Assembly (NCBI GenBank): GCA_963662285.2
Contig: CAXXMV010000006.1
Location: 1,376,001-1,440,000 of the forward strand
DNA length: 64,000 nt
From: a bacterium
GTDB taxonomy: Bacteria; Hinthialibacterota; Hinthialibacteria; Hinthialibacterales; Hinthialibacteraceae
Reading direction: 5' to 3'
In this document: positions 52,115 to 62,270 of the stretch, piece by piece
Layout of the letters: each line of letters opens with the position of its first letter
Position numbering within the stretch: the stretch's first letter is position 1
Position numbers and translations under genes: made by a program
The notes under the pieces: generated by a model
Database searches by the model: none
Told to the model about the DNA's origin: nothing
Seen by the model: only the letters and a program-made list of their open reading frames with translations

Positions 52115-53002
52115 TTATGCGGATATATTCAAAAACTGATCCAATGTAGATACAAGTTTATCTAAATCAGGTTTAGCGATCTGACAGTCTGCGCCTACCG
52201 CATCTCCTTTATTGCGATTATCTTCTGTAATGATCGAAGAGAAAATTATCACTGGCGTTTCTTTCAATTCGATGTCCGATTTTATCAATTTAGTTAAACG
52301 CAATCCATCAAGACGAGGCATTTCAATATCAGATATTACAATATCGATAGATTCATTACTCTGGAGGTGATTCCAGGCTTCCTCGCCATCGTTGCATATT
52401 AAAACGCTGTTATAACCACCGTTAGATAACGTACCTTCGATCAAAGATCTAATTACACTTGAATCTTCCGCGATCAGAATTCTCTTGGATCCTCGAATTA
52501 ACGCCAGTTCTTCAGGTAACTCTTCCTCACTTGTTTCAATCATATGTGGCGCAATTTCCTGGGTGATTTTCTCTACATCCAACATAAGAACCAATTGATC
52601 TTCAACATGAGCAATGCCTGTTAGACAAGTGCATTGGTGATGTTCAGTCGGCGGCTCAATATCTGACCAGGAGATGCGATAAATATTGGATACTGTATCT
52701 ACAATAAATCCAAACCATTGTTTATGAAATTCCGTCACAATTATCCGGCTTGATTGATCCTCTTCTCTGTCTTTATAACCCAAAGCTCTAAACAAACTAA
52801 TTATGGGAATAATATGTTCTCGGAGATTTAAAACTCCCTCAATCATGGGGTGCGTCTGAGGAGGCAGTGTAAGATGTTGGATTCGTATAATTTCTCGTAC
52901 TTTAGCTATATTTATGCCATATTTTTCTGATTCAATCCCGAAAACCAAAACTTCCAGTTCATTTGTGCCAGATTCCATTAATATTTCTTTTTCGATATTC
53001 AT
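52115..53002 (-). CDS. cheV: chemotaxis coupling protein CheV (CheW + receiver)
   Basis: ESGTNELEVLVF..YGINIAKVREII CheW domain; ILIAEDS..SDIEMPRLDG REC domain. Confidence 0.92.
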   Translation of the reverse strand: MNIEKEILMESGTNELEVLVFGIESEKYGINIAKVREIIRIQHLTLPPQTHPMIEGVLNLREHIIPIISLFRALGYKDREEDQSSRIIVTEFHKQWFGFIVDTVSNIYRISWSDIEPPTEHHQCTCLTGIAHVEDQLVLMLDVEKITQEIAPHMIETSEEELPEELALIRGSKRILIAEDSSVIRSLIEGTLSNGGYNSVLICNDGEEAWNHLQSNESIDIVISDIEMPRLDGLRLTKLIKSDIELKETPVIIFSSIITEDNRNKGDAVGADCQIAKPDLDKLVSTLDQFLNISA

Positions 53003-53268
53003 ATTGATAATTCTCCGATTTCACGAGTATTCCCCATGTTGTCAATCTACAATTTATTTAATTGATCTTTATCATTATATTTACTCAAATCCATACAGGA
53101 ACTTTTTTTTTGAATTATTTCTAAAATTTAACAAAATGATGCAATGCATCTGAATAAAATAATGCATTATTTTTATCTATTTATGATTACGTATGTAAAA
53201 TAAATAATATTTAGACATAAAATTCTACATATCCAGTACTTTTAACTATCAAAAAAGTGCATTTTATT

Positions 53269-53296
53269 TTGACAATAGTTCCAAATGTTCTATCAT
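53269..53296 (+). promoter_or_regulatory. putative sigma-70 promoter of pilin 53366
   Basis: TTGACA-N16-TATCAT. Confidence 0.5.
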
Positions 53297-53365
53297 TATT
53301 AACAGTGAGTTTATTGGGATATGCGCGAAAGTGTATAAAGTTCATTCTCTAAAGGGTTTTTTCTG

Positions 53366-53989
53366 ATGAATACTAAAAAAGTTGGATTCACTCTTATTGA
53401 ATTGTTGATTGTGGTAGCGATTATCGGTATTTTGGCCGCTATTGCCGTACCAAATTTTCTAAGCGCCCAAATCAGAGCCAAGGTTGCCCGTGCGCAGGCT
53501 GATATGAAAAACTTAAAAACCGCCTTGGAATCTTACCAACTGGATTATAATAATTTCCCTCCGGCGCGGGTTAACGCTATTACCGGGGAGAGCGGCCAAA
53601 TCGCTTTAAGTCATCGGTTATACCCGTTAACTACTCCTATTTCATATATGAGTTCTATCCCCTCTGATCCATTCTGGAGCCAAATGAGCGCGCAAAATCC
53701 TGAATTTTTTGATACTTACGATTATTTTGATAATTGGTCAGGAGTGAATATCGACAACGGCGTTCCTGGTGGAGGAACCAGGGGATTCAGTTACCGGTTG
53801 TCCAGCGCTGGACCTGATAATGTGATGTGTTGGGGAAATCCAGCTTATAATTTTGATTCCACTCATTCGGGAATTGACTATGATTTATCCAACGGAATTG
53901 CTTCGGATGGGGATATCGTGACGGTTGGCGGTTCGGTAGTGAACACGCGATATGTTGTGAGTTATCCTTTGGGAACCTATCCACGGTAG
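53366..53989 (+). CDS. prepilin/GspG-like pseudopilin
   Basis: KKVG|FTLIELLIVVAIIGILAAIAVPNF; LTTPISYMSSIPSDPF; SAGPD..YDLSNGIASDGDI. Confidence 0.88.
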   Translation: MNTKKVGFTLIELLIVVAIIGILAAIAVPNFLSAQIRAKVARAQADMKNLKTALESYQLDYNNFPPARVNAITGESGQIALSHRLYPLTTPISYMSSIPSDPFWSQMSAQNPEFFDTYDYFDNWSGVNIDNGVPGGGTRGFSYRLSSAGPDNVMCWGNPAYNFDSTHSGIDYDLSNGIASDGDIVTVGGSVVNTRYVVSYPLGTYPR

Positions 53990-54018
53990 AGAAATTTGCA
54001 TAACAACATTCTCATACT

Positions 54019-54056
54019 TTATTCAACTAGCCTGTATATATAGGCTTGTTGAATAA
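54019..54056 (+). terminator. hairpin after the pilin gene
   Basis: ttattcaactagcct...aggcttgttgaataa. Confidence 0.5.
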
Positions 54057-54240
54057 TAAACGTAGCGATAAACGAACAAATTATTGAGAAGTGTTCTTTT
54101 TCATGGATTTTAACCGCAAGAAACTTTTGAAAATCAAAGTAATAATTCCAGTTTTAATCACACAATAGGCGCATAAACCCACTTCCAGTTTAGATTATTG
54201 GAGTTATGATAAGTGTTTTAGTCTTAATTTAGGAGAGTAT

Positions 54241-56046
54241 ATGACTACCACCGAATCAACTCAGCTCGATTTCAGCGATTTGTCGCTGAGTGAAACAGTT
54301 CTAAAAGCCATTAAAGATTGCGGTTACGAAACCCCCACCCCCATCCAGGAAAAAACCATCCCTCTTATGATGGAAGGAAAAGACGTTCTGGGACAAGCCC
54401 AGACCGGCACGGGGAAAACTGCGGCTTTCGCAATGCCTTTATTGTCGAAGATCGATTTAAAACAGACCCAACCTCAAGTATTAGTCTTAACCCCGACGCG
54501 GGAGTTGGCCATACAGGTTGCGGAAGCATTCCAGCGATATGCTGGCCGGATGCGGGGATTTCATGTTCTGCCTATTTATGGCGGCCAGGATTATGAAATT
54601 CAACTACGGCAGTTGAGACGAGGGGTGCATGTCGTAGTCGGTACGCCAGGCCGGGTAATGGATCATATGCGGCGTGGAACGCTTAAACTGGACAACCTGA
54701 AATGCCTGGTACTTGATGAAGGCGACGAAATGCTGCGCATGGGATTCATCGATGACGTTGAATGGGTGCTGGAACAAGCGCCTGCAGAACGTCAAATGGC
54801 ATTATTTTCGGCGACGATGCCCAAAACCATCCAACGTATAGCGCAAAAGTATTTGCATGATCCTGTAGTAGTATCTATAAAAGTTCATACATCTTCCCCT
54901 GAAACCATTAACCAACGCTATTGGATGGTTAGCGGATACCATAAACTTGATGCTCTGACCAGGATTTTGGAGGGGGAACCCTTCGATGGCATGATTGTTT
55001 TTGTAAGAACCAAAACCGCAACTGATGAACTTGCAGAAAAACTTGAGGCTCGAGGTTATTCTACAGCGGCTCTTAATGGTGATGTTCCCCAGAAGAGGCG
55101 GGAAAATACTATTGCAGGATTAAAAGCCGGGAAATTCGATATCCTGGTTGCTACAGACGTGGCGGCCCGTGGATTGGATGTTGAACGTATCAGTCACGTG
55201 GTTAATTACGATATTCCTTATGATCCCGAAGCTTATATTCACCGCGTGGGCCGTACCGGTCGAGCGGGACGCACTGGAGAAGCTATATTATTTGTCGCGC
55301 CGCGTGAGAGACATATGTTGCGCGCGATTGAGATTGCCACCAAACAGAAGATCACAATGATGGAGTTGCCTTCGGTTGACATAATCAATAACAAGCGTAT
55401 TTCAAACTTCATGGAGCGTATCACCAATACGCTGGCGGTTGAAGAATCTGGTTTTTATTATCAATTGTTAGAACAATACCGCCAGGAACATAATGTTCCG
55501 GCTTTAGAGATTGCTGCAGCCCTAGCCAAAATGTTTCAAGGCGATAAACCTTTATTACTTAAAGATAATCCTGTACCTATCAGGCCGTCAAAGCCTCTCA
55601 AGTCTTCAAGGTCTTCAAAATCTGAACGTGGTGATAAATTTCATGGAAAAAGAGGGGCGACCAAAAAAGATAAAGTTTTAGGACCAGTTGATGCTGGTAA
55701 AGAACGTTATCGGATTGAGGTTGGTTATGCTCATGGCGTTAAACCCAATCATATAGTCGGCGCTATGGCTAATGAAGGCGGCATTGATAGTAAATACATC
55801 GGCCGTATAGAAATTTTCAATGATTTCAGCGTGGTGGATCTTCCTGATGATATGCCGCGTGAGACCATTCGCCCCTTGAAAAAAATCTGGGTGTCCGGCC
55901 AGCAAATGAAAATTTCTAAATTCAAAGAAGGCGATAAGCCTAAATCAGGCGAGAAGCCTAAGACGAGTAAAACCAGAAGCCGGTTTATTCCCAAAGATAA
56001 AAAAAGTAGTTCTGCTAGACCCAGGAAAAAGAAATCTTCATCCTGA
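54241..56046 (+). CDS. deaD: ATP-dependent RNA helicase DeaD/CsdA (motif II reads DEGD)
   Basis: Q-motif PTPIQ, AQTGTGKT, PTRELA, TPGR, SAT, ARGLD, HRVGRTGRAG, DbpA RNA-binding domain, Lys-rich tail. Confidence 0.93.
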   Translation: MTTTESTQLDFSDLSLSETVLKAIKDCGYETPTPIQEKTIPLMMEGKDVLGQAQTGTGKTAAFAMPLLSKIDLKQTQPQVLVLTPTRELAIQVAEAFQRYAGRMRGFHVLPIYGGQDYEIQLRQLRRGVHVVVGTPGRVMDHMRRGTLKLDNLKCLVLDEGDEMLRMGFIDDVEWVLEQAPAERQMALFSATMPKTIQRIAQKYLHDPVVVSIKVHTSSPETINQRYWMVSGYHKLDALTRILEGEPFDGMIVFVRTKTATDELAEKLEARGYSTAALNGDVPQKRRENTIAGLKAGKFDILVATDVAARGLDVERISHVVNYDIPYDPEAYIHRVGRTGRAGRTGEAILFVAPRERHMLRAIEIATKQKITMMELPSVDIINNKRISNFMERITNTLAVEESGFYYQLLEQYRQEHNVPALEIAAALAKMFQGDKPLLLKDNPVPIRPSKPLKSSRSSKSERGDKFHGKRGATKKDKVLGPVDAGKERYRIEVGYAHGVKPNHIVGAMANEGGIDSKYIGRIEIFNDFSVVDLPDDMPRETIRPLKKIWVSGQQMKISKFKEGDKPKSGEKPKTSKTRSRFIPKDKKSSSARPRKKKSSS

Positions 56047-56081
56047 ATCTGTTTTTATGAAACGTTATAGTTGATCCAATT

Positions 56082-56120
56082 TCGCCCTCACTCTCTCCCG
56101 GATGGAGAGAGTGAGGGCGA
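56082..56120. terminator. perfect 17-bp hairpin (related to REP family A) between convergent genes
   Basis: tcgccctcactctctcc-cggat-ggagagagtgagggcga. Confidence 0.7.
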
Positions 56121-56148
56121 TTGTCGTATTTTCTATCCCAAAAAGCAT

Positions 56149-57375
56149 TTAAGGATTTGCGTCTACCGCTGCTAAATGAATATAAGAAGAAACGTTTGAT
56201 ACGCTTGGGGTATTACCCTTTATGGCGAATTTTATGCATACCGGAGCGCTGGGTAGTGATACTTTCTTAAGTGATTTTAGTAAGCCGGTGTCGGGATTAA
56301 TGCTGAATGATACTATATTTTTTGAACCCTGATTGGCGGCATACAGGAACTTGCCGGTTGGATCGATGGCGAAATTACGCGGCGTCTGGCCTTGGGTTGA
56401 TTCGTGTCCTATAAGTTTGAGTTCTCCGGTTTGTTGGTTTACTTTGAATATGGCGATGCTGTCATGTCCACGGTTGGAGCCGTATAAGAATGATCCATCC
56501 GGGGAGACATGAATATCAGCGCAAGAGTTATCGCCGGAAAAACCTTCGGGTAATGTTGATATGGTTTGGATCTGTTCCAGGGCGCCATTTTGGGCATTGC
56601 ATTTGAAAGAGATTATTTCACAACTCAGTTCCTCAATGGAAAAAGCGTATTTTCCGTTGGGGTGGAATGTGAAATGGCGGGGGCCTGAACCTGGTTTTAC
56701 GCTGGCGAATGGGGGATCGTTTGGTTTGAGTTTCCCATTTACCAGGTCTATGGCGTAAATCATGATCTTATCGATGCCCAAATCGGATGCGTAAGCGAAT
56801 TTATTCGATGGATCAATAACAATGGAATGAGCGTAAGGGGCTTTTTGCCGTTGTGGATTTATGCTTGATCCATGATGTTGTTGCATATCGCTGGCCTCGC
56901 CGAGTTTTCCATCCTGCAGTATCGGATGAACCGCAACATTGCCGCCGCTGTAATTAGCGTTAAAAACCCATTTACCGGTTTTATCGACGCTCACATAGCA
57001 TGGCGCCTGACCTAGAGAGGATTGCTGATTCAACAGACTTAAATCTCCGTTATCGGGATTAATGGCGAAGGCGCTTAATCCGCCGCTTTTCTGACCCTGG
57101 AAATTGCCTAGTTCACTTACAGAATAAAGAAACTTGCATGTTGGATCAATCGCTAGATACGATGGATTAACCACTCCAGATATCTTATGCAATAAGGTTA
57201 AGTCTCCGGTGGTTGAGTTCATGCGATACACGAATATCCCAGGGCTATTCTCAGACGCATAACTCCCGACATAAACATAAGGATCATTACTGGCTTCTTG
57301 AGCGAAACCGAGCGATGATAATACAGTGATGACTAAAGATGTTATCAGGTTGGTTTTTATGAGCGATAAATTCAT
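56149..57375 (-). CDS. pgl: exported 6-phosphogluconolactonase-family (lactonase) beta-propeller
   Basis: Start MNLSLIK after AAGGAG; NPSYL, ANYSGG, RQKAPYAH, DLGID, GPRH, SNRGHDSI, TPRNF. Confidence 0.85.
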   Translation of the reverse strand: MNLSLIKTNLITSLVITVLSSLGFAQEASNDPYVYVGSYASENSPGIFVYRMNSTTGDLTLLHKISGVVNPSYLAIDPTCKFLYSVSELGNFQGQKSGGLSAFAINPDNGDLSLLNQQSSLGQAPCYVSVDKTGKWVFNANYSGGNVAVHPILQDGKLGEASDMQQHHGSSINPQRQKAPYAHSIVIDPSNKFAYASDLGIDKIMIYAIDLVNGKLKPNDPPFASVKPGSGPRHFTFHPNGKYAFSIEELSCEIISFKCNAQNGALEQIQTISTLPEGFSGDNSCADIHVSPDGSFLYGSNRGHDSIAIFKVNQQTGELKLIGHESTQGQTPRNFAIDPTGKFLYAANQGSKNIVSFSINPDTGLLKSLKKVSLPSAPVCIKFAIKGNTPSVSNVSSYIHLAAVDANP

Positions 57376-57400
57376 TGATTTGATCTCCTTGTAATTGAAT

Positions 57401-59254
57401 TTATGAATTAAATCTAATTGACATTCGATTTGCGATGCGGCGAGTGAATTCATAAGGGTTTTTCCTGGCTTTTTCAACTGCATCCCTAACTTCAGGAGTA
57501 TCAACAGCGGAAAGTTCCAGCGCCCGGATAGCATACATCCCGGCAATAAGATTGCTGTTGTTAATCTCTTTGATAATTGAATTAATATGTTGGTCTGCTT
57601 CACCTAATTTGCATAGGGCTAGAGACGCCGCAATGCGAACCGCCGATGATGAATCGTTGGTTGTTTTTGATAGTGCAGCGATAGCCGAAGCGTCTCCAAG
57701 TCTACCTAATCCTGTGGCAGCCCAATATCTTATGGATGGTTCTTTTGACTCCAGTGCAATATTAAGGGCTTTGGCGTTGCCTTGATCAGCCGCTGTGATG
57801 ATCTTGATAAGTTTTCGGACTAAGTTTTTGTCGGTATGGTTTTGCAGAACAAAATATTTGTTGCCGTATTGTTTTCCCATGTCTTCTATAATTGGCTCAG
57901 GGATAAGACCTGGATCGTTGTTTTGAATCATCCATTGATATAGATCATTGCGCATTTGCTTTAAGGTTGCTTGATATTCTGTTTTGTCAGCCAGGTTGTT
58001 GATTTCATTGGGATCATTTTTGATATCGTATAGTTCTTCGGGAGGTCTTTGCGGTTGAAATATCCGGGATTGCAGCGGGGTAAGTTTTCCGGCTTTATGA
58101 AGCTGCTGCATGTTTTTGGTAATGGCTTTGTCGTCTTTGTACTGATTCGGTTGGGCGTGGGGCAGGTGGGACAGGAAATTACGGATGTATTTGTATTTTG
58201 GCGTACGGATGCAACGGATAACGTCAACCGTCTCATCGCAACGATCCCTGGCGCTGACGATCATTTTACGTGGAGTATGATGAGCGTCGAATATGTTCTC
58301 GCCCTGGACATAGCTTGGGATGTTGATACCCGCTAAGGCCAATGATGCGGCGGCGATGTCGATCTGAATCACAGGATCATGGCGATTCGTCCCGGCATGT
58401 TTTTTATCGGGAAAACGTACGATCAATGGAACGCGGATGCCCTCATCGTATAAAAATTGCTTACCCCGGATATGGCTGATGCCATGATCCGTCCAGAAAA
58501 AGACAATGGTGTTATCCAGGACATTGCTCTTTTTAAGGTTCTCTATAATCTGTCCCACTTCATTATCGATTTGAATCCATGAATTTAAGTAATCCGCCCA
58601 ATCCTCCCGCATGGTTGGGGTATCGGGGTAGTAGGGCGGCAGTTCAACATCAGCTGGATTCACCCCATGCTTGGCGCTGCGGTTTTTTCCTCCATGCAGC
58701 ATGATCTGCGCGAAAAATGGTTTATCGCCGGGGCATGATTCCCAGTTGGATGCATCATAGGCGGACTTGGGCCAAACAAAGTTATAATCGGTCTTACCCA
58801 TTTTCTGGCAGGATGGACCGTCGCCCAAGGTTACATAGTATCCCGCATCACGAAACAGTTCGGGGATAAGTTTGATGGGCAGTTTGTAACTATCATAGTA
58901 ATCCCGGTTGCCTCCAGCTTTGCCGGAGTCGCTTTGGCTGCGGTGGTTATGAGCGCCCAGCGTCGTCTGGTACATGCCCGTGATCATGGCTGAGCGGCAG
59001 GGAGAACAGACCGGGCAGGTTACGAAAGCCGCATCAAAACTAATCCCATCGTTGGCCAGAGCATCGAGATGGGGCGTTTTAATGGTTGTTTCGCCATAAC
59101 ATCCGATGTGAGGCGAGGCGTCTTCGGCTAATATCCATAATATATTAGGAGGATTTTGATCCGGGGCGGCGCTTGATCTCAATGGTCTTGCGGCCAAGGG
59201 AATGGTCATCCCCAGCGTTTGGAGTACGGCGCGTCGGCTGATTTTATTATCCAT
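57401..59254 (-). CDS. Tat-exported sulfatase with C-terminal HEAT repeats
   Basis: Start MDNKISRRAVL; AEDAS, CSPCRSAMITG, TDHG..RGKQFLYD, RDRCDE; HEAT repeats (IRYWAATGLG, VRIAASLAL). Confidence 0.9.
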   Translation of the reverse strand: MDNKISRRAVLQTLGMTIPLAARPLRSSAAPDQNPPNILWILAEDASPHIGCYGETTIKTPHLDALANDGISFDAAFVTCPVCSPCRSAMITGMYQTTLGAHNHRSQSDSGKAGGNRDYYDSYKLPIKLIPELFRDAGYYVTLGDGPSCQKMGKTDYNFVWPKSAYDASNWESCPGDKPFFAQIMLHGGKNRSAKHGVNPADVELPPYYPDTPTMREDWADYLNSWIQIDNEVGQIIENLKKSNVLDNTIVFFWTDHGISHIRGKQFLYDEGIRVPLIVRFPDKKHAGTNRHDPVIQIDIAAASLALAGINIPSYVQGENIFDAHHTPRKMIVSARDRCDETVDVIRCIRTPKYKYIRNFLSHLPHAQPNQYKDDKAITKNMQQLHKAGKLTPLQSRIFQPQRPPEELYDIKNDPNEINNLADKTEYQATLKQMRNDLYQWMIQNNDPGLIPEPIIEDMGKQYGNKYFVLQNHTDKNLVRKLIKIITAADQGNAKALNIALESKEPSIRYWAATGLGRLGDASAIAALSKTTNDSSSAVRIAASLALCKLGEADQHINSIIKEINNSNLIAGMYAIRALELSAVDTPEVRDAVEKARKNPYEFTRRIANRMSIRFNS

Positions 59255-59489
59255 GCCATTTATCCTTTGAATATAACGGTTATTGATATTTTGCAAACTA
59301 CTCTATACTCTAAGTTTGTAATATAGTTGAACATAAATCTAGAGTAGTTGATTCGGTAGGTCAAAAAACGCGATCCTACGGGATAGGTTTATGTAATATT
59401 GCGATATGAAGGTTCTTTACGGAATGGTTGGGCGTCCCTAAGATTGAAATGCGTATCAATACATTGAAAATAACAATCCAGGTTAAATA

Positions 59490-62270
59490 ATGAGCAGGAG
59501 AGATAATTCAATCATATTAAAGGATATTTGGCTGATTGCAGCGGGTGGTTTGCTGATATCTGTTGTATTGGGATTGGTCTCATATTTCAATGTTAACTTG
59601 CTGTATGCAATCGGCGACGGTGAATGCATCAACGTCCTTTACGCCAATGGTTATTTTGATTCATTAACCAAGGGCTTATTACCTGCCAACTCTGAACCTT
59701 TCCAGAACGCCAACCTGCTGACCCGGTCGCTGATTACATTTTCAACATGGTCGTTTATTCCTTATCGTGCGCTGATTTGGCTTGGACAAGCAATGGTTGG
59801 AGTATACTTTCTCTACCGATCAATGCTCTTGTTCTCTTTGATTGGAGGAGCGGTAACCGAAGAGCGGATTTGCTTCACTGCCTTGCTTTTGATTCACCCG
59901 CTTTTTTGGATAACGCTGATTTTTCATCCATCCGATGCACTGACCGCTGTCCTGGTATTGGACTACGTCAGTCGGATTGTTGGTGATAAGACTTCTGATA
60001 TCACAGGATGTGCATCATTGTTTATCCTGAGCCTTAGTGGCAGCGCTGGCTTCTTGTGGGCGCTGGCCTTGGCAGTCGCCAATCTTTTTATCTATCAACC
60101 ATTATCATTTACGAAGATAAACTTCGCCCTGCGTAGGATGGGGTATGCGCTTGGATTCATCGCTCCGATTGGCATTATCTATGCAGTGCGGTCATTTGAA
60201 TGGGGGATATTAGGCGGCCCCTGTCTGACGGATTATCCGACTGCCTTCTCGCAAATTTCAATCGCTAGGTTATTTGATGGAGTATGGTCCAGTCATGCCA
60301 TTGATGCGTTTAGTTGGTTTGGCAATGGATTATTGTATGCATCTGTTACTGTACCTGTTTTCGGATTTTTGTTTTTGCTCGGTTTGAGCAGTGGATTAGG
60401 CGAATCAGGTAGTAAACGAAGATTCAGTCTGATGATGGCGATGGTCGGCGCCATCTTGTTGTTCTTCTTTGCTTTTACGCCGATTGATGTTTCGCGCCAA
60501 TGGATGTTGTCATTTCTTCCTATGGGCTTGATTGGCGTCTTCGGGGGCTTGAAATGGTTGTCGCAATTTAAACCGCAGAGCCGGACGCCTGTTTGCATAG
60601 CGTTTTGCGTTTGCCTGGCGTTTTTTACTGTGTTGTCCAGCGTGAAGGATTTTCAGAATTATTTTGACCGGGCGCGTTATTACCAGAATATCTGCGTTGC
60701 AATGCAAAAGGAACTCGGACCGGTCATGGTCAATCAGCATGAGTTCGCTGCAGTGCGTTTTGATCCCGTGGTTTTGTCACGAACGCCATTCGCCGAACAT
60801 TTATACCCGGTCGATTTGGGATGGAATATACCTTTTTCGACAATATTTGGTAAACAGGGTGGGCTTTTCTTTGATTTACGTTTCGCTCCGGCGCCGGATG
60901 AGATTATACTGTATTCCCGTTATTGTGAGAGTATAAAACAGTCTTCGGCCATGAATACGCTAAGCGCCCGAACATGGGAAGCATCGCTGGATGAGCATTA
61001 TTCTTCAACTCTTTTATTTAATCTGAAGTTATATAAACGGGAAACTGATCCGGTTAAGGTAATGAGCGACTGGCGGCTTGCGGCTATGGAAGACGGGTAT
61101 CATTTTGAAACGCGGCATGAACAGAATTGGTTTGCTTCTCATTTTTTGGGAGAGCGACAATCTGCATTGGATTTTGATGACGATGTATTGCCGCAACCGA
61201 TTGGGCTGAAATGGGATTTCGAGATCGATTTCAGCAATACTCATCAAACCGGTTCTGCATTTGGCTTTGCTCCTGATTCAGCATATAGAGCCATCGGCAA
61301 CTATGGCGCTGGCAGCGGCGGCGATGATGCAGTCAGAAAGATGGGCGTGTTAGAATCGGTTCCGTTTACTATAGAGGGAGATGAACTGAGCCTTTATGCT
61401 GATATCCCATCCGATTCGACGGCGTCATTGGTTTGTTTGGCGGTTTATTGCGAAGTTCCATTCCAGGTGGATGGCGCTGAAGCGCAATTGGCCCGGCATA
61501 TATATGAAAAAGAGACTGTTGAGCCTTTGTTGGGAGATGTCTTTTTCTATATTAATCCCCAGCATTTGAATTATGGTCCAGGCTGGATTCGCGGGTGGCG
61601 GGTAGTGCAGGTTTATCAACAAGCGCAACAAGATGGCTGGCGCCGGATTGAGTGGCCGCTTGATGCATGGCGCGGCAGGCAGGCTTTATGGCATGCTGCG
61701 GATCGAAGCCCCAACCATTCAATCAGTTTAGATCAAATCGCCCAATGGAAGCGGCCGCCGGGTTTATATTTTAATTTTGAACATGCAAACTATGATGGCT
61801 GGCAATCCATTGGCGCTGCGTTTGGCGATAAACCCGCTATAGGATCAATTGGCGGGCAGGACGATATTGATGGTTATGAAGGAAATTATTTTGTTAATTC
61901 TTACTATCAGGGTTCTGATGCAGCCACTGGAACGTTGCGATCAGCAACCTTTGAACTGGAATGGGATCAGATCAGTTTTCACATCGGCGGCGGCAATGAC
62001 GCAGATAATTTATATGTAGGTTTGCGGGTAAATGATAAAGTAGTGCTGCGGGAAACTGGCGGCCAGTCAGAAAACCTGCGTCACATAACCTGGGATGTTT
62101 CAACCTGGCAGGGCAAGACGGCGCAACTCGAAATAGCAGACTTTTCTTCCAACCCCTGGGGACATATTCTGGTTGATGATATCCAGGTGTATCAGAAGCC
62201 TGTGTTGCATCCAGTTTCTAATGAAGAGCGTGGGCGCCAAGGGCAAGACCGCAATGCGTCCAGCCCTTGA
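59490..62270 (+). CDS. polytopic membrane protein (GT-C-like N-half) fused to two beta-sandwich domains like those accompanying GH32 enzymes
   Basis: ~11 TMs in the first 390 aa; C-terminal repeats G.AFG..P ... G.L.S..F ... W....W.G..A....D ... (S/H)I..D.I. Confidence 0.6.
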   Translation: MSRRDNSIILKDIWLIAAGGLLISVVLGLVSYFNVNLLYAIGDGECINVLYANGYFDSLTKGLLPANSEPFQNANLLTRSLITFSTWSFIPYRALIWLGQAMVGVYFLYRSMLLFSLIGGAVTEERICFTALLLIHPLFWITLIFHPSDALTAVLVLDYVSRIVGDKTSDITGCASLFILSLSGSAGFLWALALAVANLFIYQPLSFTKINFALRRMGYALGFIAPIGIIYAVRSFEWGILGGPCLTDYPTAFSQISIARLFDGVWSSHAIDAFSWFGNGLLYASVTVPVFGFLFLLGLSSGLGESGSKRRFSLMMAMVGAILLFFFAFTPIDVSRQWMLSFLPMGLIGVFGGLKWLSQFKPQSRTPVCIAFCVCLAFFTVLSSVKDFQNYFDRARYYQNICVAMQKELGPVMVNQHEFAAVRFDPVVLSRTPFAEHLYPVDLGWNIPFSTIFGKQGGLFFDLRFAPAPDEIILYSRYCESIKQSSAMNTLSARTWEASLDEHYSSTLLFNLKLYKRETDPVKVMSDWRLAAMEDGYHFETRHEQNWFASHFLGERQSALDFDDDVLPQPIGLKWDFEIDFSNTHQTGSAFGFAPDSAYRAIGNYGAGSGGDDAVRKMGVLESVPFTIEGDELSLYADIPSDSTASLVCLAVYCEVPFQVDGAEAQLARHIYEKETVEPLLGDVFFYINPQHLNYGPGWIRGWRVVQVYQQAQQDGWRRIEWPLDAWRGRQALWHAADRSPNHSISLDQIAQWKRPPGLYFNFEHANYDGWQSIGAAFGDKPAIGSIGGQDDIDGYEGNYFVNSYYQGSDAATGTLRSATFELEWDQISFHIGGGNDADNLYVGLRVNDKVVLRETGGQSENLRHITWDVSTWQGKTAQLEIADFSSNPWGHILVDDIQVYQKPVLHPVSNEERGRQGQDRNASSP

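Noticed and set aside
57376-57603. Long overlap between the lactonase ORF and the sulfatase
   Set aside because: ORF-caller extension; the real start is ATG 57375 with an AAGGAG RBS and signal peptide
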